Source: Nitrospinaceae bacterium (GTDB lineage: Bacteria; Nitrospinota; Nitrospinia; Nitrospinales; Nitrospinaceae). Taken from it: 64,000 nucleotides of DNA. A program made the position numbers and the translations under genes. The notes beneath the pieces were generated by a model, which was not told where the DNA came from, did no database searches, and was given only the letters and a program-made list of their open reading frames with translations. The stretch lies in the NCBI GenBank assembly GCA_965223665.1, contig OZ245011.1, positions 1,088,001-1,152,000 of the forward strand. Reading direction: 5' to 3'. Below, one piece after another: positions 31,146 to 41,279 of the stretch (positions are counted from its first letter, which is position 1; every line of letters begins with the position of its first letter).

Positions 31146-31694
31146 CTATTTTGTTTGAACAATCTTCGCTAGTTTCAAAACTTTTGAACTAATATAAATT
31201 TTTTCTTCTCTTGATTGCTTATAGTTTATTTCAAAGTGGACTTTTTTATCTTCAATATAAAAATTGACGATTCCTCCAGAGGTCCCAAAATTAGGGGTAT
31301 CACTTACCGTAAGCACATTAGAACCCTTCAAGGCTTTAATTATCTTAGGAAATTCTGATTCTTTTTCAGAGCTTAAAAAGAGCATCTGACAACATTTCAT
31401 TTCTTCTAAAGAGTTTATTTTTTTTACAACTAATCTCCGATTATTATATTTTTTTCTGGGAAGAGATTTTAAGGCTTTCAATACAGGGCTTTCCCCATAA
31501 ACCGCAATTTGAGTTACTTCGCTATCTGGAAACCGATCATCGGGCCACTCCATAAAGGAAAAAAACTTTACCATAAAAGCAGCCTTAATTTGATAAGCTA
31601 GTGGACTTCGGCTTAATTGGTTGTTGGCTCCTGCCGTGTTTAGCCAAAGCAAAGCCATTACCACAATAAAACTATGAATTATTTTATTTATCAT
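31146..31694 (-). CDS. YfiR-family periplasmic regulator
   Basis: Signal peptide; YQIKAAF...F..F.EWP, C..LF, VLTVSD..NF...GGIVNF, V.FEIN, ISSKVLKLA. Confidence 0.88.
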   Translation of the reverse strand: MINKIIHSFIVVMALLWLNTAGANNQLSRSPLAYQIKAAFMVKFFSFMEWPDDRFPDSEVTQIAVYGESPVLKALKSLPRKKYNNRRLVVKKINSLEEMKCCQMLFLSSEKESEFPKIIKALKGSNVLTVSDTPNFGTSGGIVNFYIEDKKVHFEINYKQSREEKIYISSKVLKLAKIVQTK

Positions 31695-31804
31695 TAAAAA
31701 TTAATGCTCAATGATGAATCACGAACAAATGTATTTTCAAATAAATACATCCTATTTTAGGTTAACATTATCTTTTTATTTTTCATGCAAAACTTCATAA
31801 CTTT

Positions 31805-34800
31805 TTAATTTTCTCCATATTCTTTGGAACAAATCTTATCCCCCTTACTTGTGCCAGTGGAAACCACCATACATTCCATTTCAATTTCTTCAGACTCATT
31901 TTCATAAACTAAATACCTTCTAAAATAAGATCCAGAATCTCTTATCTGCTTATTAGTTAAATGCTCAATTTTCATATCAACTAATGAACTCATCCAATAA
32001 GGCAAAAATGTGTCATTTTCCAATTGTCTGGTTTCTAAAATTTCAAAAAGTTTGGCAAATAGAATTGGAGCACCTATCTCAACTTCCATGAGTTCTTCCA
32101 AACTCAAATCTGTTAGTTGTTCCATTATTAAGGTCTGATTAGCCTCAAAAGGATTGTAAAAAGTGTTAATAACATTCGTACTTTGTGTAGATGTTTGCTT
32201 AGGTACATTCTTATCAATTTTTTCTACTGTATTATTAGTTCGATCGACAGGATCTACAGGGGGTGGGGGAGGAGGGCTACTTGACGCAATTATTAAAAAA
32301 TTATCTCCAACATAAGTCAGACTGTAATTGGCTCCGCCGTTACCATCATTGATAGCGAGAGTCCCTTGCGAAATGGGATAACTACCTATAGTTTCACCCA
32401 ATGCACGAACTTGACTACCCAAAAAACTGTCCCCTCCGGCCAATGAACCAACCGAAACACTAAAAGTCAACGCAGGATCCGGGTCTCCAACTATTTTACT
32501 CTGCCCTGAATCAGCGGTAATCGTAATCCCACGCGGTGTGATCGTAAAATTATCACCGACATAAGTAATCGAATAATTCGCCCCACCATTGCCATCGCTT
32601 ACCGTAAGGGTTCCCTGATTAATGGCGTACGTGCCCACATCTTCACCCGCGGCCCGTGCCTGGGATCCGGTTAACGTATCACCACCCGCTAAACTTCCTG
32701 ACGTGATCGTTTGAGTCAACGCAGGATCACTGTTGCCATACACTTTCGTCTGTCCCGCATCGGCGGTAATCGTAATTCCACGGGGTGTGATCGTAAAGTT
32801 ATCGCCAACGTAAGTAATCGAATAGTTCGCTCCTCCATTGCCATCACTTACCGTAAGAGTTCCCTGATTAATTACATACGTTCCAACATTCTCACCTGCG
32901 GCTCTCGCTTGACTGCCAGTTAAGGTATCTCCACCGGCTAACGTTCCTGCAGTGATCGTTTGGGTCAATGCAGGATCACTGTTGCCATAGACTTTTGTTT
33001 GACCGGCATCTGCCGTGATTGTTATTCCACGTGTCGTGATCGTAAAATTATCTCCCACATAAGTGATGGAATAGTTTGCTCCGCCATTGCCATCACTTAC
33101 AGTAAGAGTTCCCTGGTTGATCGCATACGTTCCGACATCTTCACCCGCGGCTCTTGCCTGACTACCGGTCAACGTATCACCGCCGGCCAAACTTCCTGAC
33201 GTGATCGTTTGAGTCAACGCAGGATCACTGTTGCCATACACTTTCGTCTGTCCCGCATCGGCGGTAATCGTAATTCCACGGGGTGTGATGATGAAGTTGT
33301 CTCCAACATAAGTAATGGAATAATTCGCTCCGCCATTGCCATCACTTACAGTAAGAGTTCCCTGATTGATGGCGTACGTTCCTACATTCTCACCAGCCGC
33401 TCTGGCCTGACTACCGGTTAAACTATCGCTACCCGCTAAACTTCCTGACGTGATGGTTTGCGTTAACGCAGGATCACTGTTGCCATACACTTTTGTCTGC
33501 CCGGCATCGGCGGTAAGAGTGATCGGGCGTGTATTCACCGTTAAGGTGCCATTGGTGAAACTGATGCTATACCCTAATAAATCCGCCAGCGTTCCCTGCG
33601 TTATAGGATACGCACCGACATTACTGGTAGACGTGGCTGTGGTTGTTAGACCTCCAGTAAGTGCCGTACCTGCTGTGTCTCCATCGATATATCCGGAAGA
33701 AGCAAAAGTTAGTGCAGGATTACTGTCTCCATAGGTTCTGGCTTTGTCATCGGCGGTAATGGTTAAGGTCGGAGCGATATTGTAAAGCACTCCATTATCG
33801 GTTGCTAAAAAGTTGCCCGGAATGGTGGGATACGTCGTATTGTATCTTTTTTTATCAGGAACCAAACCGCCTAAGGTCGTGGTTGCAGGGTCTGATGAAT
33901 AAATCAACCACCGACCGGAAGCGGCTGATAACGCCCCGGCCCCGGCATTATTGATAAAATCTCCATTATTGGTCGTGGCGATCGTTAAACTGTTTCCCGA
34001 TCCACTGGCCGTTAACACGGTTCCACTGTCCAGTGTGATATCGCTATCTGCCGTCAATAAAATACTGGTTGCATTCACTGCCCCACCATTGACCGTCAAC
34101 GTGGAACCCCCTCCTGTGGCATCTACGGTTAATGCATTGCCCACAGTCGATGCAGCCAATGTGGTTGAAGTATTGTTGGTTAAACTGGCATCCCCGGTAC
34201 CTGAAGTTGTAAAACTCACTGCACCTGAAAGTGCATTCGTTGCCGTATCCAGGGTGATCGATTGGTTCGCCAGGTCTGTAGTGAAACTCGAAGTCCCGCC
34301 TACCGTCAAAGCCCCGCTGTCAGTAATGGCGCCACCGGTTGTGATTGTCAGATTCTGACCCACACTCGACGTTGCCAGATCCACTGCTGTGGTGCCGTTA
34401 TCCAAAGTCACTCCACCGGTTCCGGATGTGTTAAAAGTCACAGCACCGGTCAAAGCATTGGTCGGGGTGTCCAGGATAATCGATTGATTCGCCAGGTCGG
34501 TGGTGAAACTCGAAGTCCCACCTACCGTCAAAGCCCCGCTATCCGTAATGGCGCCACCGGTTGTGATTGTCAGATTCTGACCCACACTCGACGTTGCCAG
34601 ATCCACTGCTGTGGTGCCGTTATCCAAAGTCACTCCACCGGTTCCGGATGTGTTAAAAGTCACAGCACCGGTCAAAGCATTGGTCGGGGTGTCCAAAGTA
34701 ATCGATTGATTGGCCACAGTGGTACTGAAACTGGAGTTGCCCGTTATCGCCAAGGCTCCACTATCCGTAATGGTACCTGCCGAGTTAACCGTTAACGTTC

Positions 34801-37800
34801 CACCCAATGTTGAAGCGGCTAGTATGGTGTTGGTTGAGTCTGTTATAGATACTGCTCCGGTTCCGGAATTGAGAGTTATTGCCCCGGTAAAATCATTTCC
34901 ACCATTAGTTAACGTGATCGTATCGCTTCCTGTCACCGTCAAATTGGAAGTTCCGTTGACATCGAAGTTATTTCCAAATCCTCCCACCTGAGCAATGTCT
35001 CCACCGGCAGTAATCACAAGGTTGCCTAAATTGGAAATGGAAGCCACTGTTACATCCGCCGCTGTATTGGTTCCCGAGTTTAAAGTTAAATGATTAGTAA
35101 ATCCGGTCACCGCACCAATGTTTATAATACTGGCCGCTCCATTACCGGAATCGAAGGTGGTATTTCCTGTCAGTGACAACGCCCCAATATCTATTTGGGT
35201 ATTGGTGGTATTAATCGTCCCGGCAGAAGAAGTGACACCGGCAGTCGTGTCCAGTCCCCCGGTGAAAGTAAGCGTTTTGGCATCATCGTCCAGTAACTCC
35301 ACTCCCCCTGTATTGAGAAAGGTGGTGTCACTGGTCACTGTGCTGTCATCATAGAAACCGACAAAATAAGGTTGGGCCGTAGTCACCAGACTGGTAAGCG
35401 TCGTCGGTCCCATGAAGCTGATCGCACCGGTGGTATCGGTAACACTCACTGTGGTGGCCGTGGTGGTTCCTGAAAAAAATGTATCGCCACTGTCTCTGAT
35501 CGTCAGCGTCCCCACATTAGAGACCGAAGCAATGTTGATATCCGAAGCATTATCAGGCCCCGAATCCAGAGTTAAATTATTACCCGCTCCGGTGATGGCT
35601 CCAATGTTCATGTCACTTGTGGATGCCGTGCCCGAATCCAGAGTCGTTACACCCGCCAGAGTTAAGGCCCCGATATCCATTTGGGTATCCGTGGTGTTCA
35701 CTGTTCCACGGGCCGTGGTGGTTCCCGCTGTCGTATCCAGTCCTCCGGTAAACGTTATGATATCTCCGTCGGTATCTCCAAACGTCACTCCTCCCGTATT
35801 CAGAAAGGTCGTGTCATTGGTAATGGTTCCACCATTGTTAAACAGCACGGAATACCCTTGAGCCGCTGTACTTAAGGTAGTGGCCGTCACCGCATCGGTA
35901 AACGTGATCGCGTTATCTGTATCGGTGAGTGTGATCGTAGTTGCATTGACGGTACTGTTAAAGGTAGTCGCGTCGCTTTGTGTAATGGTGAGGCCGGTTA
36001 ACCCGGTTAGCGCCTGGTTGAAGAAAATGTCACTTCCAGCTGTGGGTCCGCTGTTTTCAACAGTTAAGGTACCACTTGAGGTAATAGTTTCTAAAGTAAT
36101 GTCGCCGCCGGCAGTATTGGTTTTGCCGGCACCATCCGCAATGGTGATATTGATATCCCCCGTTCCTGCATCCAGAGTGGTTCCTACGGCCATGGTGATT
36201 TCTGCATTGCCTGCATCGCGCTCAGCATCCACCACACCGTTGGCTAAAGTTTCATTGGCGGTCAGGTTCAGGTTTCCATTATCGGTCGTGATATTTTGAT
36301 TGATTAAAATACTGCGGCCTGCCTGCATCGTCAGGTTGCCACCATCCCCTGCTCCATTATCGACAGTGATGGCACTATCGACTGTAATATCATTATTCGC
36401 CTGCAGCGTTACATTCTGCGGAGTGCTTAAAAGTGTGGCTAAGGTAGAAGAGGATAAGGTCAAGTCTTCGCTCGCTCGCGTGGCAAAAACTGCATCTCCC
36501 ACCGTATCAGGACCCATATTAAAATTTAAATCACTGAATTGGTAAAGATACACTGCTCCTGAGTTGGAAACACCATTTCCAAATCCATCATCCAAATTCG
36601 CCCCCACTGCCAAACGGGTTCCATCAAGTGAAACCGATCTACCAAAATAATCTCCACCATCCAAATTTTGGTTAATATTTTTACCACCTGTATATCCAGA
36701 TCCTATTGTAGACTCTAAGTTTCCTCCGTTAAAACTACTATCAGTAAAGCTGTAAAGATAAACAGCTCCGCAATCTCCACATCCATTTCCACTGCCATCG
36801 TCCAAGTTTGCCCCTATCGCCAAGCGAGTCCCATCCAGGGATACATCATCTCCAAACAAATCATTTGTATCTAGAGATAGATTGATATTTTTACCACCTG
36901 TATATCCAAACCCTATAGTGGACTCTAAGTTTCCTCCGCTAAAAACACTGTCGGTAAAACTATAAAGATACACCGCTCCATAATCATTACTTCCACTCAA
37001 ACCCAAACCATCATCCAAAAATGCCCCTACCGCTAAACGGGTTCCATCAAGTGAAACCGATCTACCAAAAAAATCTCCACCATCCAAACTTTGGTTAATA
37101 TTTTTACCACCTGTATATCCAGATCCTATAGTGGACTCTAAGTTTCCTCCGTTAAAACTACTATCAGTAAAGCTGTAAAGATAAACAGCTCCGCAATCTC
37201 CACATCCATTTCCACTGCCATCGTCTAAATCTGCCCCAACCGCCAAGCGGGTCCCATCCAAAGAAATATTAATGCCAAAGAAATCTGAACTATCGAGGGA
37301 TTGATTAATATTTTTACCCCCGCTATACCCGGAACCGATGGTTGCCTCTAAAGTGCCTCCGCTAAATACACTATCCGTAAAACTGTACAAATATACCGCT
37401 CCGCAATTTCCACATCCATTTCCAAAACCATCATCGAAATCGGCGCCAACTGCTAACCTGTTTCCATCTAACGATACTCCGGAACCAAAAAAATCTCCTC
37501 CATCCAAGCTTTGGTTAATATTCTTACCACCGGTATAACCACTCCCTATGGTGGCCTCCAAAGTCCCACCGGAAAATCCTGAGTCTGTGAAGCTATAGAG
37601 ATACACAGCCCCATAATCATTACTTCCACTCAAACCCAAACCATCATCCAAATCCGCCCCAACAGCCAACCGAGTTCCATCTAATGATACTGAAAACCCA
37701 AAATCGTCACCAGAATCCAAACTTTGATCGATGTTGCTTCCAATGGAATAACCGGAACCTATGGTTCCTACTAGAGAACCGCCAGTGAAAGAGGAATCCG

Positions 37801-40800
37801 TGAAAGTGTAGAAAAATACGGCACCGGAATCGGTTAATCCATTACCGGAACCATCATCACCTGAGGCACCTACCGCAAGACGAGCCCCATCCAGGGAGAT
37901 CGATCTGCCAAAAGTGTCATCTGAATCCAGGGTAAGGTTAATGTCTTTTGGACGAGTGTTATACCCATCACCCATGATTCCCTGCAATGCTCCGGTTCCA
38001 TCTGTAGCCGAACCGTTATTGCTAAAGGTGGAATCCGTAAATTGATATAAGTAAACAGCTCCACACCTTGTACAATCATTGGCTTGACCGTAGTCGTTAT
38101 TCGATCCAACAGCCAAATTGTTTCCATTTAACGATAAGGACCTTCCAAAAAAGTCTCCCCAGCCTCCCTGCGTATCGAGCAAGGTACTGGCATCAATATT
38201 TTTTCCACCGGTTTTATCTTCCCCAATTACTGCCTGTTGCGTGATACTGGAAAAATCACCTGTGAAAGTATATAAATAAACCGCTCCCTCGTTAGTTCCC
38301 GCGTTCGTTCCGGGACTGGCCGAACCGTCGTCTCCAGAGGCCCCAATGGCCAGGCGAGTCCCATCCAGACCCACTGCGCGGCCAAAACCATCAGATAGAT
38401 CCAGGTTGATATTGAAGTTATTCCCCCCGGTATAACCTTCGCCAATTATGGCTGACAAGGAACCTCCACTAAAAACAGAATCTGTAAAGGTCAATGCATA
38501 GACGGCACCAACCGATTCCAAATTGGCAAATCCGGCATCATTTAAAGATCCAACCACCAGATGGGTCCCATCCAGGGATACACTGGTTCCAAAAGAATCA
38601 CCGGTATCCAATTGAGAGGATAAATTTACATCCTTGGCTCGAGTGTTATAACCCTCCCCTACTATCCCCTGAAGCGCTCCCGTCCCATCCGTGGCAGACC
38701 CATTATTGGAAAATAAACTGTCGGTAAATGTATAGAAATAAACCGCCCCGGTTCCACTTGCGGAATTTCCCTGACCATCGTCTGAAGGAGCTCCAACGGC
38801 AAGACTTGTCCCATCCAAGGATAAAGCGGAACCAAAATTATCATTTGTGTCCAAGTTAAGATTAATATTTTTCCCTCCGGTATAACCCTCACCAATTATG
38901 CCTTCTAGCTGTCCTCCCGAAAATGAACTGTCATTAAAGCTGTAAAGGTAAACCACACCAGACCCCGATTCCACATTTCCGGATCCATCATCATTGGGAG
39001 CCCCAACGGCTAATTGATTTCCATCGAGAGAAACTGCCAGACCAAACTCATCACTGGTTTCAAGAGTTTGACTTCCAATATTCAATGAATCGTATCCATT
39101 ACCAATGATGATGACGCTTTGGTCAAAACTGGTGGTATCCGCAATGGTGATGTTTTTGGGATCGAGGAGGAAGGTTCCTAATCGGTCTCCACGACCGGTT
39201 AAAGCCGTGCCGCCAAAAGTTAATGTATTACCCGAAGAAACTTCAATAAAACCACCAAATCCACTAAGAAACCCGGGTTGAGCTAAATATTGTCCCAATA
39301 CGGGTCCCCCTTGATCTGACCACGTAATGATCGTTCCACCGTCGCCATGGTCACCCAACGCACTTGCCTTCACTTGCGTCGCATCCGTCATCGAAAGAAT
39401 TTGCGCATTCGGCAATTCATCTATTTCCAGATTCTTTCCGCCCTGGTATTCCCCTCCTAAGCGAATCGTTCCTCCACCGGTTTCACCCGATGCATCCATT
39501 TCACCGGAAAGAAACTTTAAGGCAGGTGCCGTTACATCAATTTGCCCACCCTCTCCTTTTGTTCCAATTGCCTTGTATTTGGCGGAAGTCGTAATCTGCT
39601 GCTCTGCCATATGAGAAATCGACCCCCCTTCAGCTCCCGATACATCGATAGAAGCACTGCTGTTCTCCCAGGATTTAGCTTTTGTATTGAGAACAACCTC
39701 TCCACCTTTTCCGGAAAAACCTAATGCTTTGATTGAAGAAGCAATCGATAACCCTCCAGATTCAACAGAAACTATTCCACCAGAATCCCCACTCGCATCC
39801 ACCTCTCCACCCACACTCACCCAATGGGTTCCTTCAATGTCGATAGCTCCTCCATCTGAATCTTGACTTGTAGCAAGCAAATTTCCTTGGTCTATAGTTA
39901 CCGCAGATCCAGAAACTGAAATGCTGCCTCCAGATTCTCCTGCCTGATCTCCCGAGGCATCTAATACCCCGGCAATATGAACGGCCCCTTCTCCACCCTC
40001 CAGAATAATTTCCCCATTGACTACCGATGCCGTTTTCGCTTCCACTACCCCTGAACTGTTAATCACATGGTCCACTACATTTTTGGCGGCATTCACCTCC
40101 ATCACAATCTGCCCACCCTCGGCACTTATGGTTCCACTGTTACTGACTAATGAAATAAGAGGACTGCCATCGAGACCTATCACTTGCTCTAATACCTGCC
40201 CCTCCACACTGAGATTGATCAGTTTGTCTCCATAAAAATCCAGGGTAAACTCCGTCCCCGAGGCAAGATTTACTTTTCCCAGTCGTGCGGTGATTATTCC
40301 TGAGTTTTCCACCCCCGGAGCTACAAAGGCTGCCAATCCCCCTTCAGAAACTGTAATCTGTCCCTGATTAATCACGTAACCCAGGTGGGATGAGGCCCCT
40401 TTAAAAAAATAATTACCTGACATGAAATCTTTGTTGTCGATATCCAGAGTCGTCGCCACCAGACCATTCACATCGATCCGGGATCCCTTTCCAAACAGGA
40501 TTCCATTGGGATTGATCAGCATCAGGTTTCCATTGGAAGAGAGCTTTCCAAAAATATTGGATCGTTCAGAACCGGTCACTCGATTAAGAGTGATTCCATT
40601 AGAGGAGGGTAATTGAAAATCCACATGCTCGTTACTATTGATGCTAAAGCTGCGCCAGTCGATAATAGCTTTATTCGTCGATTGCTGTATCAACAGCTTC
40701 TCTTCATGAGGATGAGAGATAGAGGCGGAACCGGCTTGAATTTTTCCGCCTTGAGGAAGTGCCAATAAATCCTGAGAAAAGGAGAAAAAAAGAACCAGGA

Positions 40801-40930
40801 TTCCCCACATACCTATAAAACCAGGTTTCCATACCCTATGAAGGCGAAGGAAGAATTCATTCTTTATTTCAAGAAGAACTCCAATTGTCTTCTTTTTAAA
40901 ATTCAAAATTCTAGAACAATTCAAGTACAA
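31805..40930 (-). CDS. Filamentous-haemagglutinin (TpsA-type) adhesin with FG-GAP and MBG repeats
   Basis: TPS domain (LPQGG, IIDWRSFSI, LNRVTG, INPNGILFG), LLDPKNITI, 12 FG-GAP-like repeats, beta-helical T/G-rich region, six MBG-like repeats; start uncertain (alternative ATG 40810). Confidence 0.9.
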   Translation of the reverse strand: MYLNCSRILNFKKKTIGVLLEIKNEFFLRLHRVWKPGFIGMWGILVLFFSFSQDLLALPQGGKIQAGSASISHPHEEKLLIQQSTNKAIIDWRSFSINSNEHVDFQLPSSNGITLNRVTGSERSNIFGKLSSNGNLMLINPNGILFGKGSRIDVNGLVATTLDIDNKDFMSGNYFFKGASSHLGYVINQGQITVSEGGLAAFVAPGVENSGIITARLGKVNLASGTEFTLDFYGDKLINLSVEGQVLEQVIGLDGSPLISLVSNSGTISAEGGQIVMEVNAAKNVVDHVINSSGVVEAKTASVVNGEIILEGGEGAVHIAGVLDASGDQAGESGGSISVSGSAVTIDQGNLLATSQDSDGGAIDIEGTHWVSVGGEVDASGDSGGIVSVESGGLSIASSIKALGFSGKGGEVVLNTKAKSWENSSASIDVSGAEGGSISHMAEQQITTSAKYKAIGTKGEGGQIDVTAPALKFLSGEMDASGETGGGTIRLGGEYQGGKNLEIDELPNAQILSMTDATQVKASALGDHGDGGTIITWSDQGGPVLGQYLAQPGFLSGFGGFIEVSSGNTLTFGGTALTGRGDRLGTFLLDPKNITIADTTSFDQSVIIIGNGYDSLNIGSQTLETSDEFGLAVSLDGNQLAVGAPNDDGSGNVESGSGVVYLYSFNDSSFSGGQLEGIIGEGYTGGKNINLNLDTNDNFGSALSLDGTSLAVGAPSDDGQGNSASGTGAVYFYTFTDSLFSNNGSATDGTGALQGIVGEGYNTRAKDVNLSSQLDTGDSFGTSVSLDGTHLVVGSLNDAGFANLESVGAVYALTFTDSVFSGGSLSAIIGEGYTGGNNFNINLDLSDGFGRAVGLDGTRLAIGASGDDGSASPGTNAGTNEGAVYLYTFTGDFSSITQQAVIGEDKTGGKNIDASTLLDTQGGWGDFFGRSLSLNGNNLAVGSNNDYGQANDCTRCGAVYLYQFTDSTFSNNGSATDGTGALQGIMGDGYNTRPKDINLTLDSDDTFGRSISLDGARLAVGASGDDGSGNGLTDSGAVFFYTFTDSSFTGGSLVGTIGSGYSIGSNIDQSLDSGDDFGFSVSLDGTRLAVGADLDDGLGLSGSNDYGAVYLYSFTDSGFSGGTLEATIGSGYTGGKNINQSLDGGDFFGSGVSLDGNRLAVGADFDDGFGNGCGNCGAVYLYSFTDSVFSGGTLEATIGSGYSGGKNINQSLDSSDFFGINISLDGTRLAVGADLDDGSGNGCGDCGAVYLYSFTDSSFNGGNLESTIGSGYTGGKNINQSLDGGDFFGRSVSLDGTRLAVGAFLDDGLGLSGSNDYGAVYLYSFTDSVFSGGNLESTIGFGYTGGKNINLSLDTNDLFGDDVSLDGTRLAIGANLDDGSGNGCGDCGAVYLYSFTDSSFNGGNLESTIGSGYTGGKNINQNLDGGDYFGRSVSLDGTRLAVGANLDDGFGNGVSNSGAVYLYQFSDLNFNMGPDTVGDAVFATRASEDLTLSSSTLATLLSTPQNVTLQANNDITVDSAITVDNGAGDGGNLTMQAGRSILINQNITTDNGNLNLTANETLANGVVDAERDAGNAEITMAVGTTLDAGTGDINITIADGAGKTNTAGGDITLETITSSGTLTVENSGPTAGSDIFFNQALTGLTGLTITQSDATTFNSTVNATTITLTDTDNAITFTDAVTATTLSTAAQGYSVLFNNGGTITNDTTFLNTGGVTFGDTDGDIITFTGGLDTTAGTTTARGTVNTTDTQMDIGALTLAGVTTLDSGTASTSDMNIGAITGAGNNLTLDSGPDNASDINIASVSNVGTLTIRDSGDTFFSGTTTATTVSVTDTTGAISFMGPTTLTSLVTTAQPYFVGFYDDSTVTSDTTFLNTGGVELLDDDAKTLTFTGGLDTTAGVTSSAGTINTTNTQIDIGALSLTGNTTFDSGNGAASIINIGAVTGFTNHLTLNSGTNTAADVTVASISNLGNLVITAGGDIAQVGGFGNNFDVNGTSNLTVTGSDTITLTNGGNDFTGAITLNSGTGAVSITDSTNTILAASTLGGTLTVNSAGTITDSGALAITGNSSFSTTVANQSITLDTPTNALTGAVTFNTSGTGGVTLDNGTTAVDLATSSVGQNLTITTGGAITDSGALTVGGTSSFTTDLANQSIILDTPTNALTGAVTFNTSGTGGVTLDNGTTAVDLATSSVGQNLTITTGGAITDSGALTVGGTSSFTTDLANQSITLDTATNALSGAVSFTTSGTGDASLTNNTSTTLAASTVGNALTVDATGGGSTLTVNGGAVNATSILLTADSDITLDSGTVLTASGSGNSLTIATTNNGDFINNAGAGALSAASGRWLIYSSDPATTTLGGLVPDKKRYNTTYPTIPGNFLATDNGVLYNIAPTLTITADDKARTYGDSNPALTFASSGYIDGDTAGTALTGGLTTTATSTSNVGAYPITQGTLADLLGYSISFTNGTLTVNTRPITLTADAGQTKVYGNSDPALTQTITSGSLAGSDSLTGSQARAAGENVGTYAINQGTLTVSDGNGGANYSITYVGDNFIITPRGITITADAGQTKVYGNSDPALTQTITSGSLAGGDTLTGSQARAAGEDVGTYAINQGTLTVSDGNGGANYSITYVGDNFTITTRGITITADAGQTKVYGNSDPALTQTITAGTLAGGDTLTGSQARAAGENVGTYVINQGTLTVSDGNGGANYSITYVGDNFTITPRGITITADAGQTKVYGNSDPALTQTITSGSLAGGDTLTGSQARAAGEDVGTYAINQGTLTVSDGNGGANYSITYVGDNFTITPRGITITADSGQSKIVGDPDPALTFSVSVGSLAGGDSFLGSQVRALGETIGSYPISQGTLAINDGNGGANYSLTYVGDNFLIIASSSPPPPPPVDPVDRTNNTVEKIDKNVPKQTSTQSTNVINTFYNPFEANQTLIMEQLTDLSLEELMEVEIGAPILFAKLFEILETRQLENDTFLPYWMSSLVDMKIEHLTNKQIRDSGSYFRRYLVYENESEEIEMECMVVSTGTSKGDKICSKEYGEN
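32290..33540 (-). repeat. Five tandem MBG-like repeats, 249-bp period
   Basis: Homologous positions at 32711, 32960 and 33209; unit RGITITADAGQTKVYGNSDPALT...NYSITYVGDNF; a more diverged sixth copy lies just upstream. Confidence 0.9.
34260..34715 (-). repeat. Near-identical 222-bp (74-aa) tandem duplication in the adhesin beta-helix
   Basis: ANQSI.LDTPTNALTGAVTFNTSGTGG...TSSFTTDL twice, DNA nearly identical. Confidence 0.9.
36540..39070 (-). repeat. Twelve FG-GAP/integrin-alpha-like repeats
   Basis: D.FG.(S/A)VSLDG.RLAVGA..DDG....GAVY.Y counted 12 times; a 423-bp two-repeat block is near-identical (e.g. 36612 vs 37035). Confidence 0.85.
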
Positions 40931-41279
40931 TTTCTTAATTGTGTCTCAGAAAAATTAGATAATTTTTTGGTGATTCGCTCAAATTTCCAAATAGGACATT
41001 GAAACTTACCTAAAAATGCAAAAACCCATTCTACCTTTTTTTGTCTATAAGGAGCAATTTCAGAGTAATAGGCGAATTATTCATTGTCAACTAAGTCATT
41101 GATTTTTTTGACTTAACTTTACCGATATAAGTAATTTAGCGAAACTAATGATTTGAAAAAGGCGGGGTTGGGGTAATTTTTTAAAGGTTAAGAGGCAACG
41201 CGGGAAGCAAAAAAAGTTTAGAAACGCTTCTAAAATGTTAAGCGTGGAAATGGGTTATCTTTTTAGTTAAGAATAGAAT

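Noticed and set aside
32711-36545. Many plus-strand ORFs, some repeated
   Set aside because: Antisense shadows of the repetitive adhesin gene; the same applies to ORFs nested in the ATPase, polA, icd and the 13.8-19.5 kb gene
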